From a virus (Duplodnaviria > Heunggongvirae > Uroviricota > Caudoviricetes), in the IMG/VR virus record IMGVR_UViG_3300038435_000048, positions 12,277 through 76,276 of that record: 64,000 nucleotides of DNA; one strand, 5' to 3'. The notes under the pieces are model-generated. The model saw nothing but the letters and a program-made list of their open reading frames with translations, did not search any database and was not told the origin of the DNA. The position numbers and the translations under genes are program-made. How positions within the stretch are numbered: position 1 is the first letter of the stretch; each line of letters begins with the position of its first letter. This document shows, piece by piece, positions 55,233 to 62,609 of this stretch.

Positions 55233-55679
55233 TTACGGCGTCGTCAACTTCTTTCTCAGTTCCATGAGAAGCTTGCCCAGGAAATTGTTTCCCTTCCCAT
55301 TGCACACTCCCCAGTAGGTGTCGCCCCAGGCATTACCTTCAATCAATTCGGCATCGCCTGTCGCAATCAGTGCCTTACGAAGATCGTCATTGTCGAATTT
55401 AGCTTCCAAAATAGAAGCCATCTGAGCGAGCTTAATCTTGTCCCAATTAGGACGAAGCTCTAGAGCTTGTCCAAGGTGCTTGGACATTCCCGCAGTCATA
55501 AAAGGAAACGTAAAGACGTAACGTGCTTTTTGATTCAGAGTTTTGGCTGCTTGGTATGCGTGCTCAGAGGAGGGATAGACATGCCCCTCATAAACCACAG
55601 AGCAAGCATAGAAGTTACTGAGAAACTGATACTCGCCATCAAACTTATCGATCTTCATAGCGACTGCACTCCGTGACAA
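55233..55679 (-). CDS. NADAR (YbiA/DUF1768) domain protein
   Basis: FLSNFY...EHAYQAAK ... GDTYWG motifs. Confidence 0.65.
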   Translation of the reverse strand: MSRSAVAMKIDKFDGEYQFLSNFYACSVVYEGHVYPSSEHAYQAAKTLNQKARYVFTFPFMTAGMSKHLGQALELRPNWDKIKLAQMASILEAKFDNDDLRKALIATGDAELIEGNAWGDTYWGVCNGKGNNFLGKLLMELRKKLTTP

Positions 55680-55926
55680 CGTTGAAGACTAGTGGCGACA
55701 CAATAGGACCAGCCTGAGACCGCCAGAAACAAACTGACCGCACCTTGCTAAGGTCAACGGACATTTGCGTAAACCCCGGCTTGTCCTCCTCGCCGTCAAA
55801 CGGATCGCCCGGCACGATTCCTGGCTGAACGAACGTTTGGAGATCCTGTTCGAACAAGACCATGCCGTGCTTGCAATTCCAGCACTTGCTATCCTGCGGC
55901 TTTGCTACTTCTTCATTCTCCGGCAT
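55645..55926 (-). CDS. hypothetical protein with CxxC
   Basis: ORF with a CWNCKHG motif. Confidence 0.3.
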   Translation of the reverse strand: MPENEEVAKPQDSKCWNCKHGMVLFEQDLQTFVQPGIVPGDPFDGEEDKPGFTQMSVDLSKVRSVCFWRSQAGPIVSPLVFNVVTECSRYEDR

Positions 55927-56428
55927 ATTCTTCTTCACTTTCAAGCGGTTGGTATTTGTTGATTTGCTTTTGCACAACTTCAATGCTAACGCCATGAGCG
56001 TTCCGAGAAGCAAAGAGCTTAGCGTCCCATGGCCCCTTGATACGATAGACCTTTACTTCGTATCCGAATTCCTTGGCGAACGCCAAATAGGGATTGAGTT
56101 CCCAACGGGTCATGCTCGTATTGGACACGACCAAAAGCTCTTCGTCTCGTTCCATAGCGGCTCGCACACGATGCTGACAGTCGCCATGTGCCTGTCCTAG
56201 CTTAGCCGCATCGAACTGATACGTACCATTCTTGTAGAAGAAATGGTCAGCTTCGAACACACGTTCGTCCACGCCACTGTCATACTCACTACCGAGTAGC
56301 TTATGAGCGAGGGTAGACTTGCCAGACCCCGAGGGACCACGAATGATGATAAGCTTCTTCATCCTTCCATAATACCACGAGAGCGACCCTTCGTCAAGGT
56401 CGCTCTCGTTTTTTCTTGAAACAGACAA
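55913..56428 (-). CDS. P-loop polynucleotide-kinase-like kinase (AAA_33)
   Basis: LIIIRGPSGSGKSTLAHKL Walker A; size and pattern like the Pnk kinase domain or zeta toxin. Confidence 0.55.
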   Translation of the reverse strand: MSVSRKNESDLDEGSLSWYYGRMKKLIIIRGPSGSGKSTLAHKLLGSEYDSGVDERVFEADHFFYKNGTYQFDAAKLGQAHGDCQHRVRAAMERDEELLVVSNTSMTRWELNPYLAFAKEFGYEVKVYRIKGPWDAKLFASRNAHGVSIEVVQKQINKYQPLESEEEYAGE

Positions 56429-56431
56429 GAC

Positions 56432-56818
56432 TCAGAAGAGTTTGCCTTCTCCTGTGCCAGCCGTAGCCTCAGCGGGAGCACCTTCCTTGTCAGCGGGCTT
56501 ACCGCTACCGACAAAGCTGAATCCGCCATAGTTTTCGAGCACGACTTCTAGCTTGGAACGCTTCTCGCCTTCCTTCGTCTCCCAACGGTTTTGACGCAGG
56601 GAGCCCTTCACTAGCACTTGCTTGCCCTTCGTGAAGTATTCCTTGATGGCTTCGACTTGCTTGCCGAAAGCCACACAGTCAACGAATGCCGTTTCCTTCT
56701 TTTCGCCAAAGCCATTGTTAACGGCGATGGTAAAGCGGGCCACGTTTTCTTCCTTGCCGACGATCTCAGGATCAGCGACCAAGTTACCTTGCAAAGCTAC
56801 CAAATTCAAACTAGTCAT
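56432..56818 (-). CDS. ssb: single-stranded DNA-binding protein
   Basis: LNLVALQGNLVADPE...RFTIAVN OB fold and an acidic/Gly-rich C-terminal tail. Confidence 0.85.
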   Translation of the reverse strand: MTSLNLVALQGNLVADPEIVGKEENVARFTIAVNNGFGEKKETAFVDCVAFGKQVEAIKEYFTKGKQVLVKGSLRQNRWETKEGEKRSKLEVVLENYGGFSFVGSGKPADKEGAPAEATAGTGEGKLF

Positions 56819-56825
56819 ATCTACC

Positions 56826-57197
56826 TCAGTTAGTTACGGTTTGTGACGCCTTTACTGAGGCGATCACTTCTTGAAGAGCCTGCTCACGAGTGAGCACGCC
56901 ATCCTTGTGTCGTTGGCATTGCTCACGATTCATGCGGAATCTACGGGCTACGCCTGTCTCCGCTTTCACTCGTTCCGAGAAATTCTCTACCGTCAAACCA
57001 TCAGCTAGATAGATCGACAGCGGAATCTCAGGCTTACGGGGCTTGAGGTTAGCGGCTCCACCGCTAGCCAAAAACTCAGCAAATGCCTGCTCTCTAGTCA
57101 GAGTACCATTTGCAATACGTTCGTGCTGTGAATTGTTCACACGAAAACGATATCCAGTCTTCGCATTGAAGTTCTCCAGCGTTAGTTCATCACTCAT
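56826..57197 (-). CDS. hypothetical protein with a tandem ~55-aa internal duplication
   Basis: Repeats NGTLTREQAFAEFLAS / DGVLTREQALQEVIAS. Confidence 0.4.
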   Translation of the reverse strand: MSDELTLENFNAKTGYRFRVNNSQHERIANGTLTREQAFAEFLASGGAANLKPRKPEIPLSIYLADGLTVENFSERVKAETGVARRFRMNREQCQRHKDGVLTREQALQEVIASVKASQTVTN

Positions 57198-57311
57198 TGT
57201 TACCAGCCTCCATACAGCTATTATGACAATCTCAGCGTCTAATGTCTATCCCAAACCAGAATTCGTAGGAAGGGTAGTTAGACTCTAAACTTACTCAAGA
57301 CCTTGAGTGTT

Positions 57312-58193
57312 TCAAGGCTTCATATTCAGCATCGTGGCAAAGTCGCCTCCCATGACCTGGGGCGGCGTACCATTCCACTTCTCGATCGTGCGGTAACGTA
57401 CGAGTTCTGGTGTAAGCGACTTGGTGAGTTCTAGGTTGCCTCGGGCCTCAAGCTGCATCGCTTCAAAACGACCTTGAGCCTCAATAATCACGGACTGGCT
57501 ACGGCCACGGGCGGTTTCAATCGCTTGGTCGGCTTCGGCCTTCGATTGTACGACCTTGTTCTGGGCAGAGATGGCAAACTGCGTCGCTTCAATAGTCGCA
57601 TTGATACTACCCATGACGCTCTTGTCGGCACGCGGAGCACCAACGAAAGACACCATTTCGAACTTGAAGCCAAGATGGCCTAGACGGCTATTGAGATCAT
57701 TCGTGACGTTTTCGAGCAGACCTTGCTTGCCAGAGCCGAAAATATCAATCACTCGTACCATGCTCGCATGACGGTTGAACGCATTGCGAACTTCCGAGCG
57801 TAGATAGACCAAGGTGATATCTTCGATGCCCTTGCGGAATTCCACGAAAACGTGCGGGACCTTTTCCGGATCAATCGCATAGCTGATCGCAACGTCAGCA
57901 TTTACGATGGCACCCTCAGAAGAGTTAAACGTGATGCTTTCGTCAGCATCGCCAGCACTGCTGTCCGGGCCTTCGTTCGGATCCTTCGTCCATACCACGT
58001 TCTGACGGAACGTCGGGAATTTGTAGACATCCTCAGTGAAGATGTTGTACCAAACGCGACCAGTCTGAATCGGGAAGTCGTCTACTCCCTTTTGACTGCC
58101 GTATTGGTTGACCTTGATCCCGACGTAGCCGGGTTCCACCTTGGTGCAGGCAACGGCCAGCAGAGCAAGACACGCAATCAGCATATTCTTCAT
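57312..58193 (-). CDS. SPFH/band-7 domain lipoprotein
   Basis: Lipobox LLAVAC; SPFH core plus a C-terminal Ala/Glu-rich coiled coil (AQNKVVQSKAEADQAIETARGRSQSVIIEAQG). Confidence 0.65.
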   Translation of the reverse strand: MKNMLIACLALLAVACTKVEPGYVGIKVNQYGSQKGVDDFPIQTGRVWYNIFTEDVYKFPTFRQNVVWTKDPNEGPDSSAGDADESITFNSSEGAIVNADVAISYAIDPEKVPHVFVEFRKGIEDITLVYLRSEVRNAFNRHASMVRVIDIFGSGKQGLLENVTNDLNSRLGHLGFKFEMVSFVGAPRADKSVMGSINATIEATQFAISAQNKVVQSKAEADQAIETARGRSQSVIIEAQGRFEAMQLEARGNLELTKSLTPELVRYRTIEKWNGTPPQVMGGDFATMLNMKP

Positions 58194-58194
58194 G

Positions 58195-58386
58195 TCAGAT
58201 GAATTTCTTGATAGAAAACTTGAGAATGTGAAAATCCACAAAGATGATCAGAACGATCAAAAACAAGCCTGCAATGTTAGCGAGCGTATTAGCCGCCGAC
58301 ATTAGGAAGGCTAGCAGGTCCAACCCCAGAAGTGAAACAATCACTAGCAGGACTAGACTTGAAATGAATAGAAAGGGGTGTTTCAT
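58195..58386 (-). CDS. small multi-TM membrane protein (NfeD-like partner?)
   Basis: Hydrophobic FLFISSLVLLVIVSLLG...IAGLFLIVLIIFV; coupled to the SPFH gene. Confidence 0.4.
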   Translation of the reverse strand: MKHPFLFISSLVLLVIVSLLGLDLLAFLMSAANTLANIAGLFLIVLIIFVDFHILKFSIKKFI

Positions 58387-59462
58387 AGGTCTTCGTTCGC
58401 ACGGAACACGATACCAACCGGGAAACGCGGAACGCCGTCGTCGGTGCGATCGAAGAAGCGGACCGTCAGTTTCTTGCCAATGAATTTCTTGTTTTGGGCA
58501 AACATGCGGCGACGTTCGTCCATCGTCACCTTCATGGTGCAATCGAAGGTTTCGTCGTTTGTATCATTCTGGCAAATCCAGATAATACCACCCTCCATCT
58601 TGCCGCGACCCTCTTTGGCTCCAATTACCTTGAATTCGGCATCTTGGAATTCCTTGACCTTGAGCAATTCCGATGAACGATAACCCCAGAGGTAGCGACC
58701 ATGATATAGCCGCAGAATTGCACCTTCATAGCCCTCTTGCATAAATTCGCCATATCGCAGAATCATCTCATCGTGCGACTTGACGTTGTATCCTGGCACA
58801 AGCTCTACATTAATAGAGGTTTTCACACTATGCATCATAAGACGATCGGCATATGTGAGGCCGTCTTCGCCATCTAGCACTGGCACGTCATAGACGTTAT
58901 AGATAATCTTTTCGCTACCGGGCTGCCACTTCTTAACAAGAGAAGTCACTTGTTGACAGGTCATACCGTGTCGATAAAGCTCGCCATCGAGCACCATATC
59001 CTTAGGCAGCCATTTAGCTAATTGCTCTTCTACCGTTGGCATATTCCAAGGTAGGCCAGATCGCGAAGTCAGTAGAATCTTATTGCCTGACCATTCGGCT
59101 AAACAACGTACGCCGTCTAGCTTAGGCTGTACCCAAGCCGGGAATTCTACCTTTTTCTTTTTGTCTTCGTACTTATGAGCTAACATCGGAAGCCGCAGTT
59201 CTTCCTGGGCGTCTTCCTTGGTTTCGCTGTATTTTCTCTTGACCTTGAAACGCCAGAGCGATTCAGCCTCGGCTTGGGCCTGAGACTCAGGTGTGGTCTC
59301 GTTCGACCGTCCTACGTTCTTGGAGACGGCTTTTTTCGAGGACGTTTGAAGCTTTCCACCAACCTGACCGTATTCGGTGTAGATTGTGTCCTTTTCGTGC
59401 CAAACACGCCACTGACGAAGATCGCCGCCTTTGGCTTTATGGTATAAGATGGGAAGTTTCAT
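58383..59462 (-). CDS. ATP-dependent DNA ligase (minimal T7/Chlorella-virus type) with an N-terminal extension
   Basis: KLDGVR motif I; C-terminal KEFQDAEFKVIG and GKKLTVRFFDRTDDGVPRFPVGIVFRANED match ChV ligase motifs. Confidence 0.75.
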   Translation of the reverse strand: MKLPILYHKAKGGDLRQWRVWHEKDTIYTEYGQVGGKLQTSSKKAVSKNVGRSNETTPESQAQAEAESLWRFKVKRKYSETKEDAQEELRLPMLAHKYEDKKKKVEFPAWVQPKLDGVRCLAEWSGNKILLTSRSGLPWNMPTVEEQLAKWLPKDMVLDGELYRHGMTCQQVTSLVKKWQPGSEKIIYNVYDVPVLDGEDGLTYADRLMMHSVKTSINVELVPGYNVKSHDEMILRYGEFMQEGYEGAILRLYHGRYLWGYRSSELLKVKEFQDAEFKVIGAKEGRGKMEGGIIWICQNDTNDETFDCTMKVTMDERRRMFAQNKKFIGKKLTVRFFDRTDDGVPRFPVGIVFRANEDL

Positions 59463-60562
59463 TAGTGGTGCTCCGTGCCACCCTTACGGGTGAGGTAATC
59501 GGGCGAAATCACCTTGAAGATACGACGCTTCGGATTCGGATCAAGTTCACCACGACCCCAGGTTTCTTCACCTAGCGGACGCACGACGATCCCTTCCTTA
59601 ATTTGACCAGGAGACAGTACGCTCTCACCTTCTGCCATTTCACACAATTCCTCGAAAGTGTAAAAAGAAGGATTTAGGTGTGGCACAATTGGGATGCCGT
59701 ATAGCGTGCATACCTCGCGAACATACGTCCACGGCAGATAGTCACCATTAATGGCAATGTCAAAAACACGCCAAGCCTTTTCCGTGCCGTATGTCAAGTC
59801 CTGTACGCCAGGACCAAAGATTTCACCAAAGAAGATTACCGACTTAACCTCGACGGGAGGCTTGTCGCCCATAATCTCTGGAATAATCTTGTCAAACGTG
59901 GCGTTATCAAGGGCTTCGCCATAAAGCTCGAAAGGCAAGCCATACACGCCGCTATCTTCGACTTTGCGTTGCGTGCGGTGTGAGCCGACAACTCTTTCAA
60001 GGTAATCGCTCATCCCACCATTTTCAGGATCGGGAGTTCGCACCCAACCAACACGACTATTTGAGCCGTGTAGCTTTTCGGTCACGATCAAAGGATCGCC
60101 GTAATTCAGAGCACGCGGATAATTTCGCAAGTTCTGAATATCCGTGTACGTATGGAACAGCGGGTGATTGCGGGACATCTGCCCCGCCTGCATGCCGATC
60201 GGCACGGGCTCTTCGTACTTTTCGATACCAAGGGCTTCGGCGAGATTAGTGTCGACTTCTGCATTCGTGTCGTTAGGAGCTAAAAATCCGAAACTTGGTG
60301 CTCCTCTGAGCCGCACGCACTTTACACGTCCTTTGGTGGCGTCTTTTTTCCATGAAAGGTAAGGTGTAACCGCCCATTGATCTGCCAATTCCTTAGGCAC
60401 CATCACATCAGGCGGCACATGTATCGCGGTTTGGCCCGCAATATAGTTTCCCTTGCCAGATACGATTTGCCAGCCGCCAAGCCTGATAATTTCAAGCTTA
60501 TCAGCATTCGGATGCGGCAGTACCTCGTCGATCACGACGACTCTCACTAGAAGATCGCTCAT
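59462..60562 (-). CDS. RNA ligase (Rnl5/Rnl2-like) with an N-terminal tRNA-binding OB domain
   Basis: N-terminus VIDEVLPHPNADKLEI...QIVSG matches the Trbp111/CsaA-type tRNA-binding domain. Motif I VTEKLHGSN, motif IV EGIVVRP, motif V KRRIFKV. Confidence 0.6.
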   Translation of the reverse strand: MSDLLVRVVVIDEVLPHPNADKLEIIRLGGWQIVSGKGNYIAGQTAIHVPPDVMVPKELADQWAVTPYLSWKKDATKGRVKCVRLRGAPSFGFLAPNDTNAEVDTNLAEALGIEKYEEPVPIGMQAGQMSRNHPLFHTYTDIQNLRNYPRALNYGDPLIVTEKLHGSNSRVGWVRTPDPENGGMSDYLERVVGSHRTQRKVEDSGVYGLPFELYGEALDNATFDKIIPEIMGDKPPVEVKSVIFFGEIFGPGVQDLTYGTEKAWRVFDIAINGDYLPWTYVREVCTLYGIPIVPHLNPSFYTFEELCEMAEGESVLSPGQIKEGIVVRPLGEETWGRGELDPNPKRRIFKVISPDYLTRKGGTEHH

Positions 60563-60655
60563 AGTTACATGATATCCTGTAAAGCGTGTTCTGTCAAGCT
60601 CAAAGGTATAACATTTCCAAACTTAGTGTATTTGGAATTAGGATGGAGTTATACA

Positions 60656-61192
60656 ATGGGTAATCCTCGAAAATTGTCGTTGACGTGTAAGAACTGTGGT
60701 ACTGCTTTCTCTGGATCCGTTACGATTGATGGAGTCAGACGAAAGCTTAGCAAATCGCGTTATTGTCTAACCTGTTCACCTTGGCAGGGTCCGGGTGCCA
60801 CGAAACGACAGCTAACCAAGTACAAGACTATTGATAGTGTAGAGCACAGACTTTGTTCTAGGTGCAATCAGTTCAAGCCATTGACAAAAGAGTTCTTTAC
60901 ATTCAGACCAAGTGGCAGAGTTGATTTCTGCAAGCCGTGTATGGCAGACAAAGTACGTATTGCGGCACGCGAAGATAAGTTGCTGTGCATTGAATACAAG
61001 GGCGGTAAGTGCGAGGATTGTGGTGGAGTATTCGCTCCGGGCGTCTATGATTTTCACCATTTAGAGCCACACACGAAAGAATTCGCTATCTCTCGTAAGA
61101 TGCGTAGGTCATGGGAGACGCTCAAAGCTGAACTTGATAAGTGCGTTTTGCTTTGTGCTAATTGTCATAGAATACATCACTCGAATTTGTAG
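60656..61192 (+). CDS. HNH endonuclease
   Basis: YDFHHLEP...CVLLCANCHRIHH; GGAG RBS upstream; opposite strand to all its neighbours. Confidence 0.65.
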   Translation: MGNPRKLSLTCKNCGTAFSGSVTIDGVRRKLSKSRYCLTCSPWQGPGATKRQLTKYKTIDSVEHRLCSRCNQFKPLTKEFFTFRPSGRVDFCKPCMADKVRIAAREDKLLCIEYKGGKCEDCGGVFAPGVYDFHHLEPHTKEFAISRKMRRSWETLKAELDKCVLLCANCHRIHHSNL

Positions 61193-61692
61193 ACGTAACG
61201 CTCTATGAAGGCCGCGTGACTGTCTTCAATGAGTTTGCGAGTCTCGGGCGTGTAGTACGATTGATATGGTCGTCGGATAGAAGCATTGACCACCTGAAAC
61301 TCAGATTCCAATAATGGCCATCCGGCTCGTTCACAGATCAGCGGAACATCGTTTTGCAGCGTTTCATATCGAAACACGTCGTCAACGATAACGCGATCAT
61401 TATCCATGAAGTAACACGCCTGATCAATGTCTGTCTGCATCAACCATTCGTGGAATGGTGTTGTGATCCCGCAGTGATGATAGAACGACACTGCCCTGTC
61501 CCATGGATTGCGGATGATGGTGAACTTGTACACTGCATCCCATAGTGTGCCAAGCCTACGCCTACGCTCTATGGCGTGGCTATGATCTTGAGCATTGATA
61601 TATTCAAGATTGTTGATCTTGTTATTCAATGCCCATTTCAAGGCCACACCACCAGTTCGCGGGATGTGTATGAAAACACTATCCCAATTCAT
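61177..61692 (-). CDS. sulfotransferase-family protein
   Basis: IHIPRTGG (5'-PSB-like) and RNPWDRAVSFY (3'-PB-like) motifs. Confidence 0.55.
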   Translation of the reverse strand: MNWDSVFIHIPRTGGVALKWALNNKINNLEYINAQDHSHAIERRRRLGTLWDAVYKFTIIRNPWDRAVSFYHHCGITTPFHEWLMQTDIDQACYFMDNDRVIVDDVFRYETLQNDVPLICERAGWPLLESEFQVVNASIRRPYQSYYTPETRKLIEDSHAAFIERYVYKFE

Positions 61693-62606
61693 CAGTTGTC
61701 TTCGAACAGACTACCAGCACGCCAGTCAGAAGTACCCGATGACGTTCTGCTGTCGCCACCTGAGACAGTTGCTTGAGCACCAGAAGCAGTGTTGTTGCTG
61801 CCACCAGATACAACACTGTTGTTGTAAGAAGCGGTATTTGTATGACCGCCAGCAACCGATGAGTTGTTGCCACTTGCTACGTTGTTTTGACCACCAGTCG
61901 TAACGGCAAACGCTCCACTAGCGGTGTTGGAGGGGAACGTTGACGAATTACCTCCACCAACCGTTGTGGAACGCATTCCGCTAGCATAGTTCAGGCTACC
62001 ACCAAAACAAGAAGCGGCTTCCACGTCGTCAGTCTGATTGCCTACGCCACCAGCAATAACACCATAGTAACTACGAAGTGTTCCTTCGTCGCCGCCAATC
62101 ATTGCACCGAGAGAGGCGTCAGACGTAATCGTATTCAGATATCCGCCACCCATGAATGCACTATCAGCATTGTTGATGTTGGAATATCCACCAATAATGG
62201 CGTTGTATTGAGCGGTCGAAGTGTGCGTCTGTCCAACAACGATGCTACCGAAGCTCGTATAGTTGTTATCAACACCACAAATGATGTTGTGAGAACCATC
62301 ACGATCGCAGGGATTCAAAACTTCATTGTAGCCAACAATCAGGTTACCAACTCCAGTTGAAGTGGCGGTCGCATTTTCTCCATTGACGATCTGGAAGTTT
62401 GCACCAGTGACGCGAAGCGTCGTAAATCCAGGACCGTCCACACAGTCAGGCGTTGTCGTCACGCTCAACAAGGCTAATACGTCCGCCTGTTCTTGTGTCA
62501 GGCACTCCCGCATTGGAGCACGGAACGAATTCAGGCTAAACAAACCGAACACAAGACATGCACCCATAAGGGCGGACTTGAAATCAAACTTCATACTCTT
62601 CTCCAT
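61692..62606 (-). CDS. signal-peptide YadA-head-like beta-repeat protein; paralog of 31791-32492
   Basis: N-terminus, CLTQEQ..VLALLSVTT.PDCV.GPG core and C-terminal DWRAGSLFEDN all shared with the + strand paralog. Confidence 0.55.
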   Translation of the reverse strand: MEKSMKFDFKSALMGACLVFGLFSLNSFRAPMRECLTQEQADVLALLSVTTTPDCVDGPGFTTLRVTGANFQIVNGENATATSTGVGNLIVGYNEVLNPCDRDGSHNIICGVDNNYTSFGSIVVGQTHTSTAQYNAIIGGYSNINNADSAFMGGGYLNTITSDASLGAMIGGDEGTLRSYYGVIAGGVGNQTDDVEAASCFGGSLNYASGMRSTTVGGGNSSTFPSNTASGAFAVTTGGQNNVASGNNSSVAGGHTNTASYNNSVVSGGSNNTASGAQATVSGGDSRTSSGTSDWRAGSLFEDN

Positions 62607-62609
62607 AAG

